Below are positions 47,896 to 58,103 of a stretch of 64,000 nt of DNA, piece by piece. The DNA is taken from contig AP038806.1 of the NCBI GenBank assembly GCA_047150005.1, forward strand, positions 2,752,001 through 2,816,000, given 5' to 3'. The notes under the pieces were generated by a model that was not told the origin of the DNA, made no database searches, and was given only the letters and a program-made list of their open reading frames with translations. How positions within the stretch are numbered: position 1 is the first letter of the stretch; each line of letters opens with the position of its first letter. The translations under genes were made by a program, and so were the position numbers. Source of the DNA: Nitrospira sp. (GTDB lineage: Bacteria; Nitrospirota; Nitrospiria; Nitrospirales; Nitrospiraceae).

Positions 47896-48534
47896 CTAAG
47901 ATCCCGATCGGAGGCCCCCGTCGGGCTGGTCGGCCGGCGGCATTTGTCCTACCCCGTCCGGTGTCGAGAAGATCATGCGGGCGAGCAGACCCGTCCGGGT
48001 CGTCGTATGGGTTTTGTGCATGATGCGTTTGAGGTGTTCCTTCACGGTATATTCGCTGAGATTGATCCGGCTTGCGATTTCTTTGTTGGTAAACCCCAGC
48101 ATCAGGTAGATAATCACTATTTGCTCGCGCTCGGTCAGGTGATACCGCTCCTGAACGATGGAATTCAGGCCTTCGGCCTGCTGCGGAAATGGTTCGATGA
48201 TGATGAGGAAGCGGCTGTTGGACTGAAACGGCTCTTCCGGGACGCATAAGCCCCGAATGAGGAGGCGGTGCGTCGAGTTCAGGTGGACCCGTTCAACTTG
48301 AATGGACTCACAGTCCTTCGGGTGGGAACATTTGGCCAGCTGACCGGCTAACTCCCGCACGACCGTATGAACTTCCGGTGGGATGAGGTCGCTTCCACAT
48401 TCCTGAGTTGCGGGAGAATGAATATTCCTCAGGAGCGTCTGCGCCTCCTCATTCATGAACAAGAGTTGCTCGGAACTGGTGAAAAGAATGACGCCTGTAG
48501 CAATGTCTCTGGCAGGACGGCCTGGTGATATCAC
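47896..48534 (-). CDS. LuxR-family HTH regulator with PAS-like N-terminus (copy B)
   Basis: LTEREQ...GFTNKEIASRINLSEYTVKEHLKRIMHK; HTH nearly identical to copy A. Confidence 0.88.
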   Translation of the reverse strand: MISPGRPARDIATGVILFTSSEQLLFMNEEAQTLLRNIHSPATQECGSDLIPPEVHTVVRELAGQLAKCSHPKDCESIQVERVHLNSTHRLLIRGLCVPEEPFQSNSRFLIIIEPFPQQAEGLNSIVQERYHLTEREQIVIIYLMLGFTNKEIASRINLSEYTVKEHLKRIMHKTHTTTRTGLLARMIFSTPDGVGQMPPADQPDGGLRSGS

Positions 48535-48957
48535 GTTATGCCCTCATGACTTGCCCATTCCGCATCAGACAAGTGGCAGGGGTGGACGGGGCGCTGATTA
48601 TCTCTCTACCCCCGTGATAAGCGAGCAGAGTGCAAGACATAGACCCGGTACTTTTCCCCGTTCCCCTGAGGGAGTAAAAGCGCGTAAGCCTATAGTGATA
48701 AGGATCGGCAAGTCAAAGCGGGGACTATACGTACGGCAGGCTATGCAGGGCTTGTCAAGTCAGGATCATGGATTCAGCCATCTCATGCATCTAATGAGAT
48801 TCAGCTGGGATCAAATCACATTCTAAAGAGGTGACTGTACAGGCGAGCCAGCCGGTACGCACTCCAATTGGTTCCCACCATGCTATTGATTCCTACTTTT
48901 CCCGGTGTCTTGGCCGGGGTATCCTGCTCCCCTTGAAATTGAGACCACCTCTACGAC

Positions 48958-49314
48958 ATGGTCCTACGACGGACCGAGGAGGTGGCGATGGCAGCAGAAG
49001 CAGCAGAACCCATTGAACGGTGGACGGCCAAGCGACGCGTGGCATTGGTCGTGAGTATTCTGAAGGGTGAGACCTCGGTGGCCGAGGCGGCCCGGCAGCA
49101 CGGCCTGACCGTGGCGGAGGTGGAGGCGTGGCGTGAGAAGTTTCTCCTCGGCGCCGAGAACGCGCTCCGGACTCGGCCCAAGGACGAGGAGGCCGTGAAG
49201 GACGAGCAGATCAAGAAGCTGAAACAGAAGATCGGGGATCTGGTCGTGGACAACGACATCTTACGGGAGGCCTTGAAACCCTTCCCTTTGGACCGGAAGA
49301 CATCCGACGCGTGA
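48958..49314 (+). CDS. IS3 OrfA (HTH, DUF1153-like)
   Basis: RWTAKRRVALVVSILKGETSVAEAARQHGL; leucine-zipper tail; ATG 48988 with GAGGAGG RBS is an alternative start. Confidence 0.88.
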   Translation: MVLRRTEEVAMAAEAAEPIERWTAKRRVALVVSILKGETSVAEAARQHGLTVAEVEAWREKFLLGAENALRTRPKDEEAVKDEQIKKLKQKIGDLVVDNDILREALKPFPLDRKTSDA

Positions 49315-50144
49315 GAGCCCGCGTGTCGGGTGTCTCCGAGCGACGGAGTTGCCAGGTGCTCCGCGTGAACCGAGCCGGTCTGCATCGGACGAGAGCAACG
49401 GAGGGACGACGCCGAGGCCCCACGGCACCCCCGTGGCTGGAGCGGATGCGGTATTGGATTCAGCAGCATCCCACGTTTGGGTATCGCCGACTCTGGGTGA
49501 TGTTGCGGTATCAGGATGGGATCCTGGTGAATCGCAAAGCCGTGTATCGCGTGCTGAAGCAGCAGGGCTGGTTCGTCCACCAACGCGTGGCGACCCCGCG
49601 CCCTCGGGTGCGAGGCTGGCGCAGTCGGGCTGGGCAGAGCAATGAACGGTGGGCGATGGACGTGACGCATATTCCCTGTGGCCAGGACGGCTGGGCCCAT
49701 CTCGCGGCCGTGATCGACTGTCACGATCGGGAAGTCATCGGCTACGAGTTCGCGTTGCGCAGTCGGGCCAAGGAGGCGGAGCGGGCCGTCGAAGCGGCGT
49801 GCCTGCAGCGGTTCGGGACGTTGCGGCCTACGGGCGCACCGGTCCTCCGCAGTGACAACGGCCTGATCTTCCAGAGTCGCCGGTTTCGACAAGCCTGTCG
49901 GGACTATCGGCTCCAACAGGAATTCATTACGCCCTATACGCCGGAACAGAACGGGATCATCGAGCGGTTCTTCCGGAGTCTGAAGGAGGAGTGCGTCTGG
50001 CAACACACGTTCCAGACGTTTGAGGAGGCGCGACGGATCATTCGGGACTGGCTCCATTGGTACAACGAGGGACGACCGCACAGCGCCTTGGCGTATCGGA
50101 GTCCCGTCCAATTCCGCGCGCAACAGTCAACCCAGGTGGCTTGA
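49311..50144 (+). CDS. IS3 OrfB DDE transposase/integrase core
   Basis: FGYRR, WAMDVT, LRSDNG, PEQNGIIERFFRSLKEE, YNEGRPHSAL. Confidence 0.93.
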   Translation: MRARVSGVSERRSCQVLRVNRAGLHRTRATEGRRRGPTAPPWLERMRYWIQQHPTFGYRRLWVMLRYQDGILVNRKAVYRVLKQQGWFVHQRVATPRPRVRGWRSRAGQSNERWAMDVTHIPCGQDGWAHLAAVIDCHDREVIGYEFALRSRAKEAERAVEAACLQRFGTLRPTGAPVLRSDNGLIFQSRRFRQACRDYRLQQEFITPYTPEQNGIIERFFRSLKEECVWQHTFQTFEEARRIIRDWLHWYNEGRPHSALAYRSPVQFRAQQSTQVA

Positions 50145-50296
50145 TTTCAGGGGAGCACTACAGGGGCAGCGGCCCATATTCCAAGGGTTCATGTAAACAT
50201 ATGAATCGGCTCGGAAGGTGGCGGGAAGCACGGGCATCCGAGGGCGATTGTTGGGATCGAAGAGTACCGGTGTCACTGTGCCGGACGTGCAGACGA

Positions 50297-51025
50297 CTAT
50301 TTCACGAGCCAGACGCGATAGGTCTTGGTGGCCATCGGCTTGGCGACTTTCAGCACGCCCGTGGCGCCCGGGTTCATGACGTCGTCCCCGGATGCGCTGC
50401 GTCTCGCCGGGTAGCGCTCGGTGCGGATGAGGAACTTTTGGTCGTTGTAGAAGTCCACCATGATGTCGGCGGTTTCTCGTAATCCACCCTGGTAGTTCGT
50501 GTTCAACCAATCGAGCCGCCGCAACGCTTGGTATTCGATCGAGATGGTGCCGTTGGCTTCATCGCGGACCACGAGGATCTTGAGCGAGCGATTTTGATCG
50601 AGGCCGTCTCCACCGGCCGGTTCGCCCGCCAGTTGAGTCCGGATCGCCTTCACGCTTTCGTCCACGACGAGTGTGCCGCGGACTCGACAGGTGACGGTCT
50701 TGCCCTGCTGGAATTGCTCGAGAATCTTTTGATCCCGGACATACTTCGTCACGAGGTTGTTGGCGATCTCGCGCAGCAATGCGGAGTCGACGACGTTGGC
50801 GGTCTGGTCGCGATACAATGGCGATTCGATCACGGCCAGTCTCCAGGCTTCGCGGCAGGCCAGCGTGAGGGCATCGGACGGTGTCTCTGGCTCATGAAAG
50901 GTATACCGATACTCGCCGGTCACTTCGGTCTTCTCCGGGGCGGCCTCCGCAGCTATGGCGATCAACGGAGCAAAAAGTAAGAGACCAAGGACTCCTGACG
51001 TCGTATGTCTGTATGCCATCGCCAT
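50297..51025 (-). CDS. Exported hypothetical protein
   Basis: Signal peptide ending AIA/AEA; AGAGGAGG RBS; coherent coding frame. Confidence 0.7.
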   Translation of the reverse strand: MAMAYRHTTSGVLGLLLFAPLIAIAAEAAPEKTEVTGEYRYTFHEPETPSDALTLACREAWRLAVIESPLYRDQTANVVDSALLREIANNLVTKYVRDQKILEQFQQGKTVTCRVRGTLVVDESVKAIRTQLAGEPAGGDGLDQNRSLKILVVRDEANGTISIEYQALRRLDWLNTNYQGGLRETADIMVDFYNDQKFLIRTERYPARRSASGDDVMNPGATGVLKVAKPMATKTYRVWLVK

Positions 51026-51244
51026 GGGACGCCTCCTCTGCCGTCGGGACGATCGAGCCTCAGCCCGGCTGGCGGAATGACGCGGATATCCTACCATGGG
51101 CATCGTATGACATAAAGGCAGCCGGGATGGGCTTCGCCGGCAGATGGCCGCGCGCGACCGATAGATCGCATTCGCTGCGAGACGCGGGGCTTGTCTGGTA
51201 TGGTCGTGCGGCCGGTCGTAGCCTGCGGATCGGTGCGCACCTTG

Positions 51245-52174
51245 TCATAAGGCTGCGTTCAGGGCTTGGATAGTGAGAGGACTGCAGCCTTCCGCCCGAT
51301 TGTTCGCGAGAACATAGATGGGTGTGCCTTCCTGGACGGCCTGGTTGATGAGGGCGACTGTGTCCTGTCTCATGCTCGTCTGTTCCTGCACGATGCGGTT
51401 ATAGGGTTTGTACCGCGCGACGGCCTTTTCGTACGCGAGGCCAAGCGGGGTCAGGAGTCTCACAACCGCGAACGAGGCGAGAAAGCGTCGGTCCAACACC
51501 TGATGCTGGTAGGACAGCGGCGGCATGGCGGTCCAGTGGTTGTATACGTGGGTAACGTTGTGTGCCTGAAGGATGTCGCCGTAACGACGGCCGAGCAAGA
51601 TTGGATTGCGGATTTCGACGCCATAGAGCGGGCCCGATGGGAGCTGTTCCAAGAAGCGATCGAGTCGATCCAGAAAGACCGGCGGTTCGACGCCCCAGCG
51701 CTGAAACTCGAAGATGAACGGGCCGAGCCTGTCGCCCAGGCCTGTTGCCGCCGGATTCAGCATCGATTCGCGAAACAGCGCGGCGTCGAGAAAACGCGGA
51801 TTGGATTTGCCCGCTTTTGCTCCGTATCGCGGCAGGTTGGCATAGACGGGCACGGTAATGTCTTCCCACACTTTCTGGCAGAAGCGGAAGTCGGCCGGCA
51901 CCTGTGCCGCGTAGTGCGCCAACTGGGCGGCGTCGGCCGGATGATAAAACGAATGGTCGATGCCGACTGTGCGGAACAGCGGAGGCTCTTCCTCACTGAA
52001 CCGGTGCGCGGCGTACTCCGCAAGCGTGTCCTGGCTGAAACGGCCCTTCGGATAGGCCCGATGGTAGACCAGTCCTTGCCAGCCTTCGTAGGCCCAGGAA
52101 CTCGTGCCGAATCGCACCAAATCACAGGCGCAAATCATATGCCCGCATTGTACTGAAATCGTGTTCAAGAACAA
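51245..52174 (-). CDS. DUF72 (YecE/YunF-like) protein
   Basis: FGTSSWAY..W.G..Y, TVGIDHSFY, FCQKV, YVLANNRAEG; start uncertain. Confidence 0.88.
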   Translation of the reverse strand: MFLNTISVQCGHMICACDLVRFGTSSWAYEGWQGLVYHRAYPKGRFSQDTLAEYAAHRFSEEEPPLFRTVGIDHSFYHPADAAQLAHYAAQVPADFRFCQKVWEDITVPVYANLPRYGAKAGKSNPRFLDAALFRESMLNPAATGLGDRLGPFIFEFQRWGVEPPVFLDRLDRFLEQLPSGPLYGVEIRNPILLGRRYGDILQAHNVTHVYNHWTAMPPLSYQHQVLDRRFLASFAVVRLLTPLGLAYEKAVARYKPYNRIVQEQTSMRQDTVALINQAVQEGTPIYVLANNRAEGCSPLTIQALNAAL

Positions 52175-52220
52175 TAGGATAGCTTGACTTGATTGGCGTC
52201 TTCACTCAGACTCTTCCCTT

Positions 52221-54470
52221 ATGTTCGCTTCCGACGAATCTTCTCTCCTCGCGACACTGGCAGAACGGGTCGGCATCGCCTCGGAATATTACGACATCGG
52301 CGGGACGCTGCACGTCGCCTCCGATGACGCGAAGCGGGCGATCCTCTCGGCAATGGGGTTCAATATCCATTCGACCGAAGAACTCACCAAAGCCTTGCGG
52401 GAGTGGGAAGAGGCTCCCTGGCGCCGTCCCTGTGAGCCGGTGCTGGTGGTGCGCGAAGGCACCGGCGAAGCGGTCGTCCTCTGCTGTCTGATGCTTGAAG
52501 ACGGCAAGGAACGGTCCGTCGTGGTGCAGTGGACGATCTCCGATGAAAATGGACAACCGGTGCGCACCGGCGAGGCAGGACCCGGTCTCTCGGCGGCTGA
52601 AGTGCGCTTTGTGGAAGGGCAACGACGAGTACGACTGGATTGCCGATTGCCGGGTGACTTGCCGATCGGCTACTACACAGTGACGGTTCAGGCTTCCGGG
52701 CTGGTGGGCGACTCGTCCGGGACGATGCGTCTGATCGTGGCTCCTCAGCAGTGCTATCTGCCGCCCGCGCTTGCGGATCACCGGCGCATCTGGGGCATGG
52801 CACTACAACTCTATGCGCTGTCGTCGAATCGGAACTGGGGCTGTGGAGACTTTACGGATCTGGGCACGGTGGTCGAGTGGGCCGGCGCCTCGCTCGGCGC
52901 TGGGTTGGTCGGGCTCAATCCGCTGCACGCTCTGCGCAACAGCGCTCCACACCATACCAGTCCCTATGCACCCGTCACGCGGCTCTTTCTCAACGAACTC
53001 TACATCGATCTCGAGCGGCTGCCGGAATTCTGGGCGTCGCCGGAGGCGCAGCGTCAGTTTCAGGCGCCGGAATTTCAAGCCAAGCTCAAGGCCCTGCGTG
53101 AAAGCCGCCGAGTGGACTATGACGTCATTGCCACCGCGAAACGTGGTTTCCTGGATCTGGCCTATCGGCAGTTTTTGAAAGAGCACTATGTCGGGAACGA
53201 GCCTGATTTGGAGCCGAAGACCGCCCGCGCCAAGCTTCTCGAGCGGTTTATTCGGGCCGAAGGGGAGTCGCTGGAACTGTATGCCACATTCCAGACGCTG
53301 GAAGAGGAACGCCGACTGATTCAACCCAAGGCGTCCTCGTGGCGCGATTGGCCTGCTCAGTTTCAGTCCCCCGGACCGGCTGTGCGCGAGTATGGGAAGC
53401 GGCATCGGAAGCGTCTGCGGTTCTTCCAGTATATCCAGTGGGTTGCGTCGGAACAGTTGGGCGAAAACCGCCGGAGATCCGAACAGGCGGGTATGACGAT
53501 CGGGCTGTACAATGATCTGGCGCTGGGGGCGGAGCGGTTCGGAGCCGAATCCTGGATGTATCAATCGGTGCTGGCGCTCGATGCCGACTGCGGCGCTCCG
53601 CCCGATTCATTGGGACCGCAGGGACAGAATTGGGGGTTGCCGCCGGTCAATCCGTTGGCGCTGCGCGCCGGCGGTTATGAACTGATCATCCGTCTGTTGC
53701 GCAATAACCTCCGATTCGGCGGCGCGATCAGGCTGGACCACGTGATGGCGCTCTGTCGGCTCTTCTGGATTCCGCGAGGAAAGCCGGCGGCGGAGGGCAC
53801 CTATGTGCACTATCCATTCGAAGATTTGCTTGCGATCGTCGCGCTGGAAAGCGTGCGGGCCAAAACTCTGGTGATCGGTGAAGATCTCGGGACCGTCCCC
53901 GATTGGGTACGCGAGGAGTTGGCCAAAGCCAGGGTCCTGTCCTATCGCGTCTTCTACTTCGAGCGCCACGGTGACGGAACCTGCAAGGCGCCAAATGAGT
54001 ATCCCGAACAGTCGCTCGCCGTCGTCGGGACCCACGACCTGCCGACATTGACCGGCTTCTGGTCTGGTGAGGATCTGCAAGTGAGGGCCGGATTGGGGGC
54101 GCTGGGAGACGATGACGCCAAGCGCCGAGCGTGGGAGGACCGTCGCCGCGACAAGGGGCGCATGCTGGAGGCACTCGCCCGCGAAAGCTTGTTGCCTGAA
54201 GGTCTGTCAACCGACCCGGATTCGGCACCCTCGATGACGCCGGCTCTCTGCCAGGCCATCCATATCTATCTGGCACGCACTACCTCCGCCGTCGTGCTGG
54301 CCAATCTGGAGGACGGTTTGGAGGAGCTGTCGCAGACCAACCTGCCGGGCACCATCGATGCCCATCCCAATTGGAACAGAAAGTACGCCGTTCCGGTCGA
54401 GACCCTGCCTACAGACCACCGGTTGCGGGATCTGGCTGCCGTCTTGCGTTCCGCACGCCCGCTAGGCTAA
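52221..54470 (+). CDS. malQ: 4-alpha-glucanotransferase (amylomaltase, GH77)
   Basis: WGCGDFTDL, GLNPLH, SPY, GAPPD..GPQGQNWG, RLDHVM, IGEDLG, GTHDLPT, NLPGT..HPNW. Confidence 0.95.
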   Translation: MFASDESSLLATLAERVGIASEYYDIGGTLHVASDDAKRAILSAMGFNIHSTEELTKALREWEEAPWRRPCEPVLVVREGTGEAVVLCCLMLEDGKERSVVVQWTISDENGQPVRTGEAGPGLSAAEVRFVEGQRRVRLDCRLPGDLPIGYYTVTVQASGLVGDSSGTMRLIVAPQQCYLPPALADHRRIWGMALQLYALSSNRNWGCGDFTDLGTVVEWAGASLGAGLVGLNPLHALRNSAPHHTSPYAPVTRLFLNELYIDLERLPEFWASPEAQRQFQAPEFQAKLKALRESRRVDYDVIATAKRGFLDLAYRQFLKEHYVGNEPDLEPKTARAKLLERFIRAEGESLELYATFQTLEEERRLIQPKASSWRDWPAQFQSPGPAVREYGKRHRKRLRFFQYIQWVASEQLGENRRRSEQAGMTIGLYNDLALGAERFGAESWMYQSVLALDADCGAPPDSLGPQGQNWGLPPVNPLALRAGGYELIIRLLRNNLRFGGAIRLDHVMALCRLFWIPRGKPAAEGTYVHYPFEDLLAIVALESVRAKTLVIGEDLGTVPDWVREELAKARVLSYRVFYFERHGDGTCKAPNEYPEQSLAVVGTHDLPTLTGFWSGEDLQVRAGLGALGDDDAKRRAWEDRRRDKGRMLEALARESLLPEGLSTDPDSAPSMTPALCQAIHIYLARTTSAVVLANLEDGLEELSQTNLPGTIDAHPNWNRKYAVPVETLPTDHRLRDLAAVLRSARPLG

Positions 54471-54607
54471 GACCTTCCGTCGGAGATGTGGCCTTGTCTG
54501 CCTCCTTTACAGATGGAGAGCGGTGCGATCGACGGTGGACGTGCTTCATCGGCGCCGGCTTGCCGCGTCGGCCTGGATCCCGGTAGCCTCCGCCACGGAC
54601 GTTCACG

Positions 54608-55762
54608 ATGAACAAGCAGAACCGCATTCTTCTGGCCGTCGCGGGAGTCGTCTTTCTTGCCATCGTGATTCTGGAGACCGTCGCGCCGGCGAACATCGTC
54701 GCCGCGTACGGGCTGGTGTTTCCCATTTTGCTGGTCGCGCGGCTGCGTAATCGGGCGCTCATGGTGCTGGCAGTCGTGTGCTGCGTGGCGGCGACCTATC
54801 TGGGCTTGATGCAGCCGACGAAGCCCGGACGGTTTCAGGCCGCGGTGATCAACCGCTCCGTCGTGGCGGGGGTGCTGATGGTGGTGGCCTACGTCGGTAT
54901 GACGTGGGAAGAGCGGAAAGCCAGGGAGGCGGCGGCGAAGGCGGCTCTGGCGCAACAGACCGAAAGTCTGCTGCGCGCCAACACGCTGTTGGTCGATGCG
55001 AAGGATCAACTGAACCGCTCGGAACGCCTAGCCGCCGTCGGGCAGCTCGTGGCTTCGGTCGCCCACGAGGTCGGGACGCCGCTGCATTCGATCGCCTGGC
55101 ATGTTCAGGCGCTGGCCGAGGAACCGGGTGTCACGCCGGAAATGAAGAAGCGCATCACGGTCATCGACGAGCAGCTCAACCGTGTGGTCCGGATCATCCA
55201 AGACCTGCTGTCTTCGACCAGACAGCGCAAACCCGAACCGGTGTGGATGTCCGCGGAGCAGGTCATCAATCCGGCCACGGCACTGCTGGAGCCGGCGTTC
55301 CACGCAAAAGGCGTGTCGTTGGGCGTGGAGTTGGCGATCGGGATTCCATACGTGTGGGCCGATGCGGAGAAGGTGCATCAGGTATTGGTCAACCTGCTCA
55401 CGAATGCCTTGGCGGCCACGGCCCAGCATGGCTCGGTGATCGTGCAGGCGGGCGGTCGCGCCGCTACGGCTGAGGAAGTGGAGGTGGCGCGCCGCATGGC
55501 TCCTGATATGACGGCCATGATGGTGACCATCGCCGTGCGTGACACGGGGGTTGGCATGCCGGCGGCGGACGTACAGCGGGCTTTCCATCCATTTTTCACG
55601 ACCAAGGAAGTTGGCAAAGGGACAGGATTGGGACTATTCTTGAGCCGTGAAACGGTGGCGGCGCACGGGGGAGGCCTGTCTCTCCAGAGCGAAGCCGGTC
55701 GGGGGACCGTAGTCATGGTGACATTGCCCGGGAAGATGCCGGAACCGGGCGCAACGGTGTAG
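54608..55762 (+). CDS. Membrane-bound NtrB-like sensor histidine kinase
   Basis: ERLAAVGQLVASVAHEVGTPL, NLLTNA, DTGVGM, FFTTK..GKGTGLGL. Confidence 0.93.
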   Translation: MNKQNRILLAVAGVVFLAIVILETVAPANIVAAYGLVFPILLVARLRNRALMVLAVVCCVAATYLGLMQPTKPGRFQAAVINRSVVAGVLMVVAYVGMTWEERKAREAAAKAALAQQTESLLRANTLLVDAKDQLNRSERLAAVGQLVASVAHEVGTPLHSIAWHVQALAEEPGVTPEMKKRITVIDEQLNRVVRIIQDLLSSTRQRKPEPVWMSAEQVINPATALLEPAFHAKGVSLGVELAIGIPYVWADAEKVHQVLVNLLTNALAATAQHGSVIVQAGGRAATAEEVEVARRMAPDMTAMMVTIAVRDTGVGMPAADVQRAFHPFFTTKEVGKGTGLGLFLSRETVAAHGGGLSLQSEAGRGTVVMVTLPGKMPEPGATV

Positions 55763-55776
55763 AAACGAAAACGATC

Positions 55777-57192
55777 ATGAATGTTGCAACGATTTTGGTG
55801 GTCGACGACGACGCGGTGGCCCGGGATCTGCTGGCTGAAGCGTTGAAGAAGGAAGGCTACAACGTCGAGGCCTTCGGGAGCGGCGAAGAAGCCATTGCGA
55901 GAGGACGGGAAGGCTCGGTGGACCTGGTGCTCACGGATATCCGCATGGGAGCCGTGGACGGCCTCACGGTGCTGCGCGAGTTCAAACGGACAAGTCCGGA
56001 CACCGCCGTCGTGGTCCTGACGGCCTTCGGCTCGTTGGAAGGGGCGATCGAGGCCATCAAGCAGGGGGCATATGACTACTTGGCCAAGCCGTTCAAAAGG
56101 GAAGAGATCAAGCTCGTCGTCGAACGGAGCTTGGATCACTGCCGTCTGGTACGGGAAAACACCCGGTTTCGAGAGGAGCTCAAGGGCAAAGAGGACTGGT
56201 CGCCGCTGGTGGGCAGCAGTCCCGCGATGCTTGAAGTCTATAAGCTGGTCGCCCGGGTGTCGGAAGGAAAGAGCACGGTGTTGTTGCAGGGCGAAAGCGG
56301 AACTGGAAAAGAACTGATCGCTCGCGCCATCCATGCCAACGGCCCCAGGCGGGAGAAGACGTTCGTGCCGGTGAATTGCGGGGCACTACCCGACGCGCTG
56401 CTCGAATCGGAGATGTTCGGGCATGAGAAGGGCGCTTTTACGGGAGCCGTGGGCACTAAAACGGGCCTCTTCGAGTCGGCCAGTGGAGGCACCCTGTTTC
56501 TCGATGAGATCGGGGAGCTGGGGCAGGCGCTACAAGTGAAGCTCCTGCGCGTCATGCAGGAGCAGGAAGTGAGGCGGGTCGGCGGGACGGCCTCGATCAA
56601 GGTCGATGTGCGGATTATCGCAGCGACGAATCGGGACTTGGAACAGCTCGTCAAGGAGGCGAAGTTTCGTGACGATCTGTTCTATCGGCTGAATGTCGTC
56701 CGCATCACCTTGCCGTCGCTCAAGGAGCGTCAGGAAGATATTCCCATGCTGGCCCACCACTTTCTGCAGAAGTGGGGCGTCGGTGCAACGCGAGCCGTGA
56801 GGGGGTTTCACCCTGATACACTGACGCTGTTGCAACAATATCGGTGGCCGGGGAACGTGCGTGAACTGGAGAACGCCATCGAACGGGCCATGTCGCTGAG
56901 CCGGGGCCCGCTCCTAACGCCGGACGATCTTCCTGCTGCCATTCGGCAGGTAGGAACGGAACCGAGCCAACGGGTGGAGCCGGCGGAATCTCCTGGCGAG
57001 GCCTATCTCACGCTGGAAGAAGTGGAGAAACGCCACCTGATACGTGTCTTGAAAGAAATGAAGGGTAACAAGGTCAAGGCGGCGAAGGTGCTCGGCATTG
57101 ATCGGCGGACGCTGTACCGGATGGCGGACCGTTTCGGAGTGGATCTCGGCGACGATGGAGATGGAGGCGATGCCGCACCCACCTCGAACTGA
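55777..57192 (+). CDS. Sigma-54-dependent (NtrC/AtoC-like) response regulator
   Basis: REC; GESGTGKE; GAFTGA; LFLDEI; WPGNVREL; Fis-type HTH. Confidence 0.95.
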   Translation: MNVATILVVDDDAVARDLLAEALKKEGYNVEAFGSGEEAIARGREGSVDLVLTDIRMGAVDGLTVLREFKRTSPDTAVVVLTAFGSLEGAIEAIKQGAYDYLAKPFKREEIKLVVERSLDHCRLVRENTRFREELKGKEDWSPLVGSSPAMLEVYKLVARVSEGKSTVLLQGESGTGKELIARAIHANGPRREKTFVPVNCGALPDALLESEMFGHEKGAFTGAVGTKTGLFESASGGTLFLDEIGELGQALQVKLLRVMQEQEVRRVGGTASIKVDVRIIAATNRDLEQLVKEAKFRDDLFYRLNVVRITLPSLKERQEDIPMLAHHFLQKWGVGATRAVRGFHPDTLTLLQQYRWPGNVRELENAIERAMSLSRGPLLTPDDLPAAIRQVGTEPSQRVEPAESPGEAYLTLEEVEKRHLIRVLKEMKGNKVKAAKVLGIDRRTLYRMADRFGVDLGDDGDGGDAAPTSN

Positions 57193-57241
57193 ATCGGGCG
57201 GCCTGCATCGGACAGCCGGATGAGGATCTCTAGGCTGATCC

Positions 57242-57688
57242 TCAGAGGAAATGGAGGGCGTTTTTGATCAGCCGGAGTTGGTTTTCAGCGCTTTGAGGCA
57301 AGGCCGTCGGAGAGTCCTCCCACCTGGTGAACAGTCCGTCTTTTCCCTCATAAAGCACGTGGAGCCTCAGCCTGGTGCTCGCCTCCGAGGAGGGAGTCAC
57401 CCGAGCCTCCACCCGGCTCTTTCCCGTTCCGAATCGCCAATGCAGCATCCAGTCCCAGGGTCCCCGTATCTCCTGACGATAGTCGGTCGCCAGGTGTTCA
57501 TCGTCCTTGTGGTCGATGTCGTAGCCCCCGTCGGTCAATACTTCAATGACCGCGGTTCTGACCTGATCGGCCGGAGCCGGTAACATGACGTCAATGATGT
57601 CTGGTTCATGAGGGATAATGGGGCCGGCACACGCGAGGGTTCCAAGGAGACAGAGGCAGAGGACGGTTCGAGGAAGGATGGTGATCAC
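57242..57688 (-). CDS. Hypothetical lipoprotein
   Basis: GTG start overlapping the upstream stop (GTGA); lipobox TLAC. Confidence 0.7.
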   Translation of the reverse strand: MITILPRTVLCLCLLGTLACAGPIIPHEPDIIDVMLPAPADQVRTAVIEVLTDGGYDIDHKDDEHLATDYRQEIRGPWDWMLHWRFGTGKSRVEARVTPSSEASTRLRLHVLYEGKDGLFTRWEDSPTALPQSAENQLRLIKNALHFL

Positions 57689-57939
57689 TTGGCCTTGGTT
57701 TCCTTCAATCGATACACCAAATGCGTGTCGGTCTGAGTCACTCCTTCGATGGCATGAATTCGGCTGAGCACCAACTGCGTTAAGGCGTCTTGGTCCGCTA
57801 CTTCCACGACGGCAATGATATCGGGTTTGCCCCAACAGGGATCTACGGTCTTGATCTGCTTGATGTCGCGTAGCGCCCGGACGACACCGCTGGTCTGCCC
57901 CGGAAGTACGTGAATCAACACATAGGCACGGTCCGCCAT
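57685..57939 (-). CDS. Lrp/AsnC ligand-binding-domain-only protein
   Basis: RAYVLIHVLPG...WGKPDIIAVVE...IHAIEGVTQTDT. Confidence 0.85.
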   Translation of the reverse strand: MADRAYVLIHVLPGQTSGVVRALRDIKQIKTVDPCWGKPDIIAVVEVADQDALTQLVLSRIHAIEGVTQTDTHLVYRLKETKAK

Positions 57940-58103
57940 AACTACCCCGCCGTCAACCGGCGCGTGAATCGTACAAGGCACCGCCGGAATGGCAGGTTCC
58001 CCGTCAACGTAGCGGATGCCCCGTGCGCCTGTCAATGTGCCGGTGGTGGATTTCGCTGAGGGTGGAGGGGTGAGGTCGGACTTCGCTTTCTTCATCGATG
58101 GCC

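Larger units (their letters stand above)
48920..50162 (+). mobile_element. IS3-family insertion sequence, about 1243 bp
   Basis: Imperfect IRs TAtcctgctccccttgaaattgagaccacct and (reverse complement of right end) TGtagtgctcccctgaaatcaagccacct; GGGG on both flanks (probable target duplication); orfA/orfB layout. Confidence 0.92.

Noticed and set aside
48951..50123. 390-aa antisense ORF spanning the IS
   Set aside because: Shadow of the transposase frames in GC-rich DNA, with no motifs
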